DNA of 64,000 bases, taken from Candidatus Acidiferrales bacterium. GTDB taxonomy: Bacteria; Acidobacteriota; Terriglobia; Acidiferrales; UBA7541. Numbering within the stretch: the first letter of the stretch is position 1; each line of letters begins with the position of its first letter. The stretch covers positions 57,797-121,796 of the forward strand of contig CAWILQ010000023.1 in NCBI GenBank assembly GCA_963836965.1, in the 5' to 3' direction. Shown one piece after another: positions 1-8,607 of this stretch. The translations under genes were made by a program, and so were the position numbers. A model generated the notes under the pieces. The model was not told the origin of the DNA. It did not search any database and was given only the letters and a program-made list of their open reading frames with translations.

Positions 1-1110
1 GAAAAGCATTTCGGAACGGGGAAAAATCTGCAGCCGTCCGATCTTGGAGAGTTCCGTGATGATGTCTTCGGTCATACCGTCGCGAAAATACTCGTCTTCC
101 TTTGCGCCGCTCAGATTCTCGAAGTAAAGAACCGCCACGGTTTTCTTGGCTGCGGGAATGGACCCAGTTGTAGAGGCCACTGTGGCGCCGGAAGTTTGGC
201 TGCGGGCCGATTCCACACGGCCAGACGAATCGAGATCGCGCTTGAGACGCTTCAAGTCGCCACGCAGTTCCGCCGCGGTCTGATAACGCAGATCGCGGTC
301 CTTTTCCAGGGCCTTCTGGATGATGCGATCCAATTCCGGGGGAGCCTTGGGATTGGATTTGGCCACAGGAGCGGGCGTGCTGTTCAGAATGCCATCGAAG
401 ATGACGGCAGTCGTGAAGCCGGGGAAAGGCACTTTCCCCGTGGATAACTCATACAGGACGACGCCGAAGGAAAACAGATCCGTGCGGGTACAGAGTTCTT
501 CCCCACGCGCTTGTTCTGGGCTCATATAGGCGATCGTGCCAATCGAACTACCCGGGCTGGTCAGCCCGGCGTCGGTTATTCCCTGGGTTCTTCCGCGCCC
601 AGGCTCTTCATTCACTGTCTCTCCATCACCGCGATGAGGCGATTCGACCTTCGCCAATCCAAAATCGAGGACTTTCGCCTGGCCGCGGTCGGTGAGGAAG
701 ATATTCGCTGGTTTGATGTCGCGGTGCACGATGCCCTTGGCGTGAGCGGCGGCAAGTGCGTCGGCAACCTGTATGCCCAGTTCGAGGACCAGGCCAAGGT
801 CCACGGGTGCGCCACTGATGCGATGTTTCAGCGTTTGCCCTTCCAGCAATTCCATGGCGATGAAGGGCTGGTCCTCAGCTTCGCCCACATCATAAATCGT
901 GCAAATGTTTGGGTGATTGAGAGCCGACGCGGCACGAGCCTCGCGTTGAAAGCGGTCGAGCGCCTGACGATCTCCGGCCATGTCGGGAGGCAGGAATTTC
1001 AGCGCGACGTGGCGGCCCAGGCGGGAGTCCCGAGCCTTGTAGACGACGCCCATGCCGCCGCCGCCCAATTTTTCCAAGATGCGATAGTGCGAAATAGTCT
1101 TGCCAAGCAT
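1..1110 (-). CDS. Ser/Thr protein kinase (Hanks type) followed by TolB-like domain; 3' end runs off the window
   Basis: Not in ORF track. ATG at 1110 reads [55 protein letters not shown], later [35 protein letters not shown]; frame open to position 1. Confidence 0.92.
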   Translation of the reverse strand, partial: MLGKTISHYRILEKLGGGGMGVVYKARDSRLGRHVALKFLPPDMAGDRQALDRFQREARAASALNHPNICTIYDVGEAEDQPFIAMELLEGQTLKHRISGAPVDLGLVLELGIQVADALAAAHAKGIVHRDIKPANIFLTDRGQAKVLDFGLAKVESPHRGDGETVNEEPGRGRTQGITDAGLTSPGSSIGTIAYMSPEQARGEELCTRTDLFSFGVVLYELSTGKVPFPGFTTAVIFDGILNSTPAPVAKSNPKAPPELDRIIQKALEKDRDLRYQTAAELRGDLKRLKRDLDSSGRVESARSQTSGATVASTTGSIPAAKKTVAVLYFENLSGAKEDEYFRDGMTEDIITELSKIGRLQIFPRSEMLF

Positions 1111-1134
1111 GGGCTGAGTGAAACGTGCCGAGTC

Positions 1135-1163
1135 ATCTTAGAGGCGCGAAAGGTGGAAGTCAA
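1135..1163 (-). promoter_or_regulatory. sigma70-like promoter of the kinase gene
   Basis: TTGACT-17 nt-TAAGAT on minus strand, 24 nt upstream of ATG 1110. Confidence 0.5.
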
Positions 1164-1187
1164 ACTACGGTGCGACTACGGTGCGGG

Positions 1188-2837
1188 CTAACGTCCTTTT
1201 TGCGCTGTTGTGACTTTATTGGCGTTGGCGTGTTGGAATTCTTCGTAGGTGCCTTTGAAATCGTCTACTTTGCCGTCTTTGAAATGCCAGATGCGTGTGG
1301 CCACTTCGTCCAGAACGTCTTCATCGTGGGTCACGAGCAAGAGCGTGCCGTCATATTTTTGCAAGGCAATGTTCAGCGCGTTGATGGCTTCCAAGTCTAG
1401 GTTGTTGGTTGGCTCGTCGAGCACCAGGAAGTTCGGCTTCTGAATCATCAGGCGGCAGAAAATCAGGCGCGCCTGCTCCCCGCCGGAAAGTCCGGAGGTT
1501 GGTTTCAACGCATCATCGCCGCTGAAGAGCATCTGCCCGAGAAAACCGCGAATCTCTTCCTGCGTTGCGTCGAGCTTGAACTGCCACAGCCATTCGAGAG
1601 CGTTCACGCCCTTGCTCTTGTCGATGGTGTAGGAGAAATCCTGTGGGAAATAGCCGACGGAGACTTCGTGGCCCCAAGCGACCGTGCCAGAATCGATGGT
1701 GAATTCGCGCTCCGGATCGCCGATGAATTTGCCTGCGTTGTGGATCAGCGATTTCAACATGGTGGTTTTGCCGGCGCCGTTGCGGCCAGTGAGCGCGATG
1801 TTCTCGCCGCGGGTCACATGCGCGGAGAAATGATCGAAGACCTTCAAGTCGCCATACGATTTCGCAAGGCGTTTTATCTCCAACGGCACACGGCCTGAAG
1901 GAACTTCGGTCTGAAAGCGAATGTACGGCCGCTGAATGTTGGATTTCGCCAATTCGGAGGTCTGCAAACGCTCGACTTCCTTCTTGCGCGACGTGGCTTG
2001 TGCCGAACGCGTGCCGGCGGAGAAACGGGCGATAAAGTCGTTCAGCTGCGCGATCTTTTTCTCGCGGACCGCGTTATCCGCTTCCATGCGCGTACGGATC
2101 TGCGTCTTCGCCAGCACCATGTCGTCGTAGCCACCGGGATACATGATGATGGTTTGGTAGTCGATGTCAGCCGTGTGCGTGCAGACGCTGTTCAGAAAAT
2201 GGCGGTCGTGCGAGATGACGATAAGCACGCCGTGATATTCGCAGAGATATTCTTTCAGCCAGTGCACCGAATCGAGGTCGAGGTTGTTGGTAGGCTCGTC
2301 GAGCAGCAGCGCCGAAGGATTGCCAAACAGGGCTTGCGCCAGGAGCACGCGAACCTTTTGCCCGCCCTGCAGTTCACCCATTTTGCGCTCGTGCAATGCC
2401 GCGTCGATGCCCAGACCATCGAGAAGAACACCGGCGTCGGCTTCCGCGGTGTAGCCACCTTCTTCGCCAACGATGCCTTCGAGTTCGCCAAGCCGCATGC
2501 CATCTTCGTTGGTCAAGTCCTCGTGAGGTTTCGCGTAGAGTGCATCGCGCTCTTCCAGCGCCTTCCAGAGCGTGGCGTTGCCCATAATCACCGTGTCAAT
2601 GACGCGGAATTTGTCAAAGGCGAACTGGTCCTGGCGCAGAATCCCGATTCGCTTGGGCCGGTTGATGTTGCCGGTGGTGGGTTCCAGCTCGCCGGTCAAA
2701 ATCTTCATGAATGTGGATTTGCCGGCGCCATTGGGGCCGGAAATCGCATAGCGGCGCCCGGCCATGAAAGTGGTAGTGACCTCTTCAAAGAGGACACGCG
2801 AGCCGAAGCGCATAGTGACGTTATCGACAGAAATCAT
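1188..2837 (-). CDS. ybiT: ABC-F family ATPase (YbiT-like)
   Basis: Two ABC cassettes (GPNGAGKST/LQGGQ/LLLDEPTNNLD; GRNGAGKTT/LSGGEQ/LVLDEPTNNLD), linker, no TM segments. Confidence 0.85.
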   Translation of the reverse strand: MISVDNVTMRFGSRVLFEEVTTTFMAGRRYAISGPNGAGKSTFMKILTGELEPTTGNINRPKRIGILRQDQFAFDKFRVIDTVIMGNATLWKALEERDALYAKPHEDLTNEDGMRLGELEGIVGEEGGYTAEADAGVLLDGLGIDAALHERKMGELQGGQKVRVLLAQALFGNPSALLLDEPTNNLDLDSVHWLKEYLCEYHGVLIVISHDRHFLNSVCTHTADIDYQTIIMYPGGYDDMVLAKTQIRTRMEADNAVREKKIAQLNDFIARFSAGTRSAQATSRKKEVERLQTSELAKSNIQRPYIRFQTEVPSGRVPLEIKRLAKSYGDLKVFDHFSAHVTRGENIALTGRNGAGKTTMLKSLIHNAGKFIGDPEREFTIDSGTVAWGHEVSVGYFPQDFSYTIDKSKGVNALEWLWQFKLDATQEEIRGFLGQMLFSGDDALKPTSGLSGGEQARLIFCRLMIQKPNFLVLDEPTNNLDLEAINALNIALQKYDGTLLLVTHDEDVLDEVATRIWHFKDGKVDDFKGTYEEFQHANANKVTTAQKGR

Positions 2838-2938
2838 ATCCCTACAATTTTAGCGTAGTCGGCGCCATTCGCGTCAAAAGCTTACGACGAAAAATTTGCA
2901 CGCTAGGATTGGTTTCATGGTGGAACAAGCGACAAAAA

Positions 2939-4318
2939 TCAGGCCTCCAATGCGGTTTCCGTTGTGGGTTGCCGCAATTCACCTTCCCAGCGAGCGACTA
3001 CCGCGCTCGCCAGACAGTTTCCCGTTACATTGACGGAAGTGCGCGCCATATCGATCAGAGCGTCCACGCCAAGAATCAGGAAAATCGGCTCGGTCGGCAA
3101 ATCGAATGTCCCGGCGGTGGCGAGTAGCACGACGAGAACTGCGCGAGGCACACCCGCTACACCTTTGCTGGTGAGCATCAGGGTAAAAACCATGAACAGC
3201 TGCTGCGTCCAGGTCATGCGGATCCCAGCAGCCTGAGCCACAAAAATCGACGCGAGAGCCAGATACAGCGTGGAGCCGTCGAGATTGAAGCTGTAACCTG
3301 CGGGAATCACGAAGGCGACGATTTCGCGCGGAACGCCGAACGCCTCCATCGATTCCATCGCGCGTGGCAGTGCTGCCTCGGAAGAAGCGGTAGCGAACGC
3401 AAGGGTGGCGGGTTCAGCAACGGCTTGCAAGAAGCGCTGCACCGGCAGGCGTGCCAGGAGAGCGATTGGGAGCAAGACGCCAAATAAAAATACCAGCAGC
3501 GCACCATAAGCGGTAAGGACCAGTTTCCCGAGCGGCAGCAGAATGCTAATTCCGAGATGACCTACGGTGTAGGCCATGGCCGCGCCAACACCGATAGGGG
3601 CGTAATACATGACGATATTCGTGAAACGGAACATGGTTTGCGTCAGGGATTCCATGAAATTCAGCATCGGCAGGCGGGATTTCTCTGGCACTTGCGTGAG
3701 AGCGATTCCGAACAGAATGGCAAAAACAGCTACTTGCAGAATCTGATTTTCTCCGATGGCTTTGACGATGTTTTCCGGGAAAACGTGCAGCAGAAAATCG
3801 TCCCACCGTAGCGCCGGTACATTTTGCGGAACTTGCTCGGTGATGGTCGCGGGCATTGTCAGTCCCACACCGGCGCGCGTCAGATTGATCGCCGCTACGC
3901 CGAGGAAGAGCGCAATGGTCGTGACGGCTTCAAAGTAGAGCAGACTTTTCAGCCCGATCCGGCCGACTTTGCGGACATTGCCGTGTCCGGCAATGCCGGT
4001 GACTAAAGTTCCCAGAATCAAGGGAGCCACAATCAGCTTGATGAGCCTGAGGAAAATATCGCTGAAGATCCGAAGATGCGCCGCGAATTGCGGCCAGTCT
4101 AACCCAATTTCAAGGCCAAGGAGCATCGCAAAAAGGATCCAAAATGTTAGCGATTTTTTGCCAAATCCCACGTAGCCTAAGATCAACAGGCCTATCCAAC
4201 GCAGCGACGTGATCCAGAGACGGCCAGGCGGAAACGCCAGGAACAAAGCACCTGCCAAGAAAAATAGCAAACCGCAAATCAAGGGAAGGGAACTGTGCTT
4301 TGACGTATCGCTAGGCAA
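2939..4318 (-). CDS. dicarboxylate/amino acid:cation symporter (GltP/DctA family)
   Basis: FATASSEAALP, GYSFNLDGSTLY, SKGVAGVP, DMARTSVNVTGN motifs; start uncertain (TTG 4318 with GAGGA RBS chosen; track uses 4387). Confidence 0.88.
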   Translation of the reverse strand: MPSDTSKHSSLPLICGLLFFLAGALFLAFPPGRLWITSLRWIGLLILGYVGFGKKSLTFWILFAMLLGLEIGLDWPQFAAHLRIFSDIFLRLIKLIVAPLILGTLVTGIAGHGNVRKVGRIGLKSLLYFEAVTTIALFLGVAAINLTRAGVGLTMPATITEQVPQNVPALRWDDFLLHVFPENIVKAIGENQILQVAVFAILFGIALTQVPEKSRLPMLNFMESLTQTMFRFTNIVMYYAPIGVGAAMAYTVGHLGISILLPLGKLVLTAYGALLVFLFGVLLPIALLARLPVQRFLQAVAEPATLAFATASSEAALPRAMESMEAFGVPREIVAFVIPAGYSFNLDGSTLYLALASIFVAQAAGIRMTWTQQLFMVFTLMLTSKGVAGVPRAVLVVLLATAGTFDLPTEPIFLILGVDALIDMARTSVNVTGNCLASAVVARWEGELRQPTTETALEA

Positions 4319-4423
4319 AGTGTAATCCTCGACCGCATGTAGAGGCGGCGTTGCCGCGACATCATAGCGTGTCCTGCAAAGGCACAATAGCGCTTCTTAG
4401 AAGCGCCACAATCAGGGGCCAAC

Positions 4424-4453
4424 TTGCCGGCAGCTTCGCCGCGCTGCTATCTT
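4424..4453 (+). promoter_or_regulatory. sigma70-like promoter, probably leaderless thrC mRNA
   Basis: TTGCCG-18 nt-TATCTT with extended TG; -10 ends 6 nt before ATG 4460; no SD. Confidence 0.45.
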
Positions 4454-4459
4454 CGAACC

Positions 4460-5653
4460 ATGGCCAAAATTCTTTACTTCGAATGCTCCCGCTGCAACGC
4501 ACACGTCGCAACGGAATCGGCTAGAACGGTTTGCCCGCAATGCGCTGGATCGCTTTACGTTCGCTATAACCTGGCGTTATTGCATGGGCAAGCGCACCGC
4601 GATGAAATCGCCCGCACCGGTTCGGCCAAGCCTTGGGCGGGCATGTGGCGCTACGAATCCGTGCTTCCCGATGCGACACCGGTTTCGCTTGGCGAAGGGT
4701 GGACGCCCGTAGTGCAGAGCCGGCGGTATCCCAATGCGTTTCTGAAGGAGGAGGGCGCGAATCCCACCGGCAGCTTCAAGGCGCGCGGCATGGCCATGGC
4801 CGTGACGATGGCGCGAAGCTACGGGCTGAAGAAACTGGCGGCTCCTTCAGCGGGAAATGCCGCGGGCGCCCTTGCCGCATACGCCGCTGCGGCTGGAATA
4901 GAAGCGCACATCTTCATGCCAAAGGACGTCCCATTCGCGAATTATTTTGAGGCAGTTCTTTACGGCGCGAACGTCACGCTCGTCGATGGATTGATTTCCG
5001 ATTGCGGACGAATTGTTGCTGAGCGCAAACACGGGGAAGGCTGGTTCGACATTTCCACGTTGAAAGAACCGTTCCGCGTGGAAGGCAAGAAAACCATGGG
5101 ATACGAGCTAGTCGAGCAGCTCGGCTGGGAATATCCCGCAGCGGTTTTTTATCCCACGGGAGGTGGCGTCGGCTTGATTGGCATGTGGAAAGCGTTTGCG
5201 GAACTGGAGGAGTTGGGCTGGGTGCAGCCGGGCAAGCGGCCGCGGATGATCGCGGTGCAGTCGTCCGGATGTGCGCCCGTGGTACGTGCGTTCGAGCAGC
5301 ATGAGAAAGCCAGTGAGATGTGGAAGGATGCAGCGACCTTCGCCGCGGGGCTGCGCGTACCGAAGCCGTATGGCGATTACATCATGCTCGAGATTTTGCG
5401 GGAGTCGAAAGGTGTGGCCGTCGCGCTACCGGATGAGCAGATTCTCGCCTCGCTCAAGGATTGGGCGCGGCATGAGGGGATTCTTCTATCTCCGGAGGGC
5501 GCAGCGGCTACGGCGGCTTACGATCATTTGCTGAGCACGGGTTTTCTGAAGCCCGAGGATCGAGTCGTTATTTTCAACACCGGAGCGGGACTGAAGTATA
5601 CCGACATTACAGCGGAGGCTGCTGAGATTCGTCGACCGAAGGTGAAACATTGA
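4460..5653 (+). CDS. thrC: threonine synthase (PLP-dependent)
   Basis: N-terminal CxxC..CxxC, LGEGWTP, NPTGSFKARG (PLP Lys), SAGNAA, PTGGGVG. Confidence 0.88.
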   Translation: MAKILYFECSRCNAHVATESARTVCPQCAGSLYVRYNLALLHGQAHRDEIARTGSAKPWAGMWRYESVLPDATPVSLGEGWTPVVQSRRYPNAFLKEEGANPTGSFKARGMAMAVTMARSYGLKKLAAPSAGNAAGALAAYAAAAGIEAHIFMPKDVPFANYFEAVLYGANVTLVDGLISDCGRIVAERKHGEGWFDISTLKEPFRVEGKKTMGYELVEQLGWEYPAAVFYPTGGGVGLIGMWKAFAELEELGWVQPGKRPRMIAVQSSGCAPVVRAFEQHEKASEMWKDAATFAAGLRVPKPYGDYIMLEILRESKGVAVALPDEQILASLKDWARHEGILLSPEGAAATAAYDHLLSTGFLKPEDRVVIFNTGAGLKYTDITAEAAEIRRPKVKH

Positions 5654-5712
5654 CAGGGGGGCAGGGGAATTGGAAACTACTTGGGTAACGTCCGCAACGA
5701 AAAGAGGAACTC

Positions 5713-6087
5713 GTGCCATCCCTCCCGGTATTAGCGAACAACGGCGCCATGAACCAGTTTATTGGCGCTTTCGATGTGGCATCCAAGCTTAGCGGCCACG
5801 TCTACGATTGCCGATTCTCGCATATCTGGAACGCTATCGCCACGCGGCACAGCGACACCATCGACGCGAAATTTGAAGTGGATGGAGAGGGACTGATAGT
5901 CGGCCTGGCGCATACAGCGTTCGTGGAGTTTCGCGACAAGACCGGACGCGACCTGACAGATCGCGAAGCGAGTTTTGTAGCGGCTGAATACCTTCGCTCG
6001 CGGCTGGAAGAAGACGACGTTCGGCCGCTTTACGACGTGACGCACGACGAAGTTACCCGCCTCATCGCCCTCACCGGGATCAAGTAA
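5713..6087 (+). CDS. hypothetical protein
   Basis: AGAGGA RBS before GTG 5713 (alternative ATG 5749); protein-like composition; fills gap between thrC and MFS gene. Confidence 0.65.
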   Translation: MPSLPVLANNGAMNQFIGAFDVASKLSGHVYDCRFSHIWNAIATRHSDTIDAKFEVDGEGLIVGLAHTAFVEFRDKTGRDLTDREASFVAAEYLRSRLEEDDVRPLYDVTHDEVTRLIALTGIK

Positions 6088-6099
6088 AGACAAACTGCA

Positions 6100-7377
6100 T
6101 CACAGAGTACCGGCGACCGCTTCCTGTTGCGCGGCAGCTTTTTCTTCCGCGCGGAACTGCGCCAAGCGTGGATGGTGCAGGCCATCGCGGCGGATGAAAT
6201 GAATCACGAGGAGCAACAAAAGCGCGCCGAAAACCATCACCGCCGTTGCCGCTTGCAATCCAATCTGCATATCGCTCATGTCTGAAATTTTGCCGATGAG
6301 AAGCGGGCCCAAGGCGCCGAGCAGTTGCGTCGCAAACATGTAGACTCCAATCGCCGTGGCGTGCGCGCGTTGCGGCGTCAAATCGTGGAGTACCGCCGTG
6401 GTCGGCCCGTGATACCAGGACATGAAATACATCGAGCCGAAGAAACCCGCCAGAACCATCCATTTCTCGTCGGCCTGAATCGCTACCAGCAAAAACGGTG
6501 CCGCAGCTAGAAATGCGATCGCGATTATGAGCACACGTCCATAGGCGAATTTTTTCTGGAGGCGGTCGGCGAGATAACCGGCGGAAAGCGCGCCGAACAC
6601 GGAGGAAAACAGGGCAATGATGGCAAGGGAAAGAGCGGCTTCCTTCGTACTGAAGTCCTTATAGGTTTTGGCGTAATCGATGCCCCAAGTGACGAATGAC
6701 ACGCTGGAAAAGGTGATGCAGATTCCTGCAACGATCATGGCCACGAACGCCGGGACACGGAGTAGTTGCATGACAGGGACAACTTCAGATCGCGGGCGGC
6801 GCGGTGGTTCCTTCAGCTTGAGCGCGGACAAGCCAGGAATTACCCCAAGAATACCTACGACGAAGAAGGCGTGTTGCCAACCGTGCCGGTCTCCCATGAT
6901 TCCGCCGAGCGCGAGTCCGGAAACCCCGCCGAGTATCATTCCCGCAGCGAAGATGGACTGCGCCATCGCGCGGTTGTCCGGGGAAAAGGAATCGGAGATC
7001 AGCGATTGTGCCGCTGGGGCGTAGGCCGCCTCGCCTATCCCGACCAGACCGCGCGCCACAAACAAGAAGGCAAAGGTGGGCGCGAGACCGCTGGCGATGG
7101 CCGCGATGCTCCAGAAAAGAACCCCGGCGGAAATGATCTTCGGCTCGTTGAAGCGGTCCGCCAGATATCCGGAGGGAATGCTGGCCGCGGCCAACACCAC
7201 CAGGAGAACCCACTGCAACGAGCCGAGTTGCGTGTCGGTCACCCCAAAATGCAGCCGCAAAAGCGGGACCAGGGGATTAAGGACCTGACGATCGGCAAAG
7301 TTGACAAAATTGATCAAAGCAAGTACAGCAAGTAGGCGTGCCTGCTCGTAATTGAATGGGATTTTCGACGAGGGCAT
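6100..7377 (-). CDS. MFS transporter (spinster-like)
   Basis: About 12 hydrophobic segments; VNFADRQ, GYLADR, ARGLVGIGEAAYAPAA; ATG 7377 preferred over track start 7407. Confidence 0.88.
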   Translation of the reverse strand: MPSSKIPFNYEQARLLAVLALINFVNFADRQVLNPLVPLLRLHFGVTDTQLGSLQWVLLVVLAAASIPSGYLADRFNEPKIISAGVLFWSIAAIASGLAPTFAFLFVARGLVGIGEAAYAPAAQSLISDSFSPDNRAMAQSIFAAGMILGGVSGLALGGIMGDRHGWQHAFFVVGILGVIPGLSALKLKEPPRRPRSEVVPVMQLLRVPAFVAMIVAGICITFSSVSFVTWGIDYAKTYKDFSTKEAALSLAIIALFSSVFGALSAGYLADRLQKKFAYGRVLIIAIAFLAAAPFLLVAIQADEKWMVLAGFFGSMYFMSWYHGPTTAVLHDLTPQRAHATAIGVYMFATQLLGALGPLLIGKISDMSDMQIGLQAATAVMVFGALLLLLVIHFIRRDGLHHPRLAQFRAEEKAAAQQEAVAGTL

Positions 7378-7468
7378 GGATTCGTGCTTCCCTTGGGCAG
7401 ACCGCATAACGTTCCACGGGGCGGCAACGTGCCCCTGGCGCCTGGACGGGATGAATTATATAACGCGA

Positions 7469-8539
7469 ATGACGCAAGCCAACCGAAACACCACAACCAG
7501 TGACAGATTAACCACGGTTCTTTCCTACGGGGCGCTGCTGCTGCTCGGTTACCTGGTGTTCCTCATCACGGAGCCATTTCTGATTCCGCTCGCGTGGTCG
7601 GCGGTGCTGGTTATCTTTTTTTATCCGGTGTACACATATCTCGGGCAACGGTTTTCACCGACCTGGGCGGCACTGCTCTGCACTTTGGGCGTGACGTTTC
7701 TTCTGATCGTGCCGGTGCTGCTGGTCATGTTGTATGCAGCACGAGAGGCGATTGAAGCCAGTTCGGGCATTCGCGAAACACTCAGCACCAATGGGACGGG
7801 AACGGCGCGAGATTTCCTCGAAACGATTCGTCGCCATCTGCCAGATTCGATGCAGAATTTAGACTTGGTTGGCGGGCTTCGTCAGGGTGCCGAGAAAATC
7901 GCCTCGTTTGTGGCGTCCAGCCTTGGCTCGCTGCTCAAAAACCTGTTCTCCTTTCTAGTGAACTTGTTCATCTTGCTCTTCGCACTGTTTTTTGTCTTTC
8001 GAGATGGAGAAAAATTGTTGCGCGCGGTCCGGCACCTGATTCCGTTTGAGCGGGAAATTCAGGACGATATGCTGAAGGAATCACGAGACCTCATTTTCGC
8101 CAGCGTGGCGGTAGCGTTGCTGATCGCGGCGATCCAAGGCGCGTTAGGCGGGTTGGCGTTTGAGTGGACGGGGCTTCCGGGACCGGTGTTTTTGGGAGTG
8201 CTAGTGGCTTTTTTCTCCATCGTTCCCGTCGTGGGATCTTCCTTGATCTGGTTTCCGGCTGCGGTGTGGCTTGTTTTTAACGGACATTGGGGAAAGGCGA
8301 TCGTGGTCCTCGCGATTTGCGGTGGAGTGGCAGGACTCGCGGACAATATCGTACGTCCGTTGCTGTTGCGGAATCGCACCCGACTCAACGATTTGTTGCT
8401 CTTCGTGAGCATCTTGGGGGGGCTCAACGTGTTCGGTTTGTTGGGGCTGGTGGTCGGTCCGACAGTCGTGGCCGCGGCGCTCGGAATTCTGCGCGTATAT
8501 ATGGACCACCAGGAAGAGCTGGAACGGGAGGCTGCGTAA
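7469..8539 (+). CDS. AI-2E family transporter
   Basis: PFLIPLAWS, FFVFRDG, IPVVGS-like, DNIVRPLL, FGLLGLVVGP motifs; ATG 7469 preferred. Confidence 0.88.
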   Translation: MTQANRNTTTSDRLTTVLSYGALLLLGYLVFLITEPFLIPLAWSAVLVIFFYPVYTYLGQRFSPTWAALLCTLGVTFLLIVPVLLVMLYAAREAIEASSGIRETLSTNGTGTARDFLETIRRHLPDSMQNLDLVGGLRQGAEKIASFVASSLGSLLKNLFSFLVNLFILLFALFFVFRDGEKLLRAVRHLIPFEREIQDDMLKESRDLIFASVAVALLIAAIQGALGGLAFEWTGLPGPVFLGVLVAFFSIVPVVGSSLIWFPAAVWLVFNGHWGKAIVVLAICGGVAGLADNIVRPLLLRNRTRLNDLLLFVSILGGLNVFGLLGLVVGPTVVAAALGILRVYMDHQEELEREAA

Positions 8540-8607
8540 CTTCTAGCCTAACTCGGCGGGTAATTTGACAGCCGCTGAGTTTTCTGTGTGCTACAGTACG
8601 GCTTCGC

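Noticed and set aside
511-1191. 226-aa plus-strand ORF in the track
   Set aside because: Antisense shadow of the minus-strand kinase, which has all Hanks motifs.
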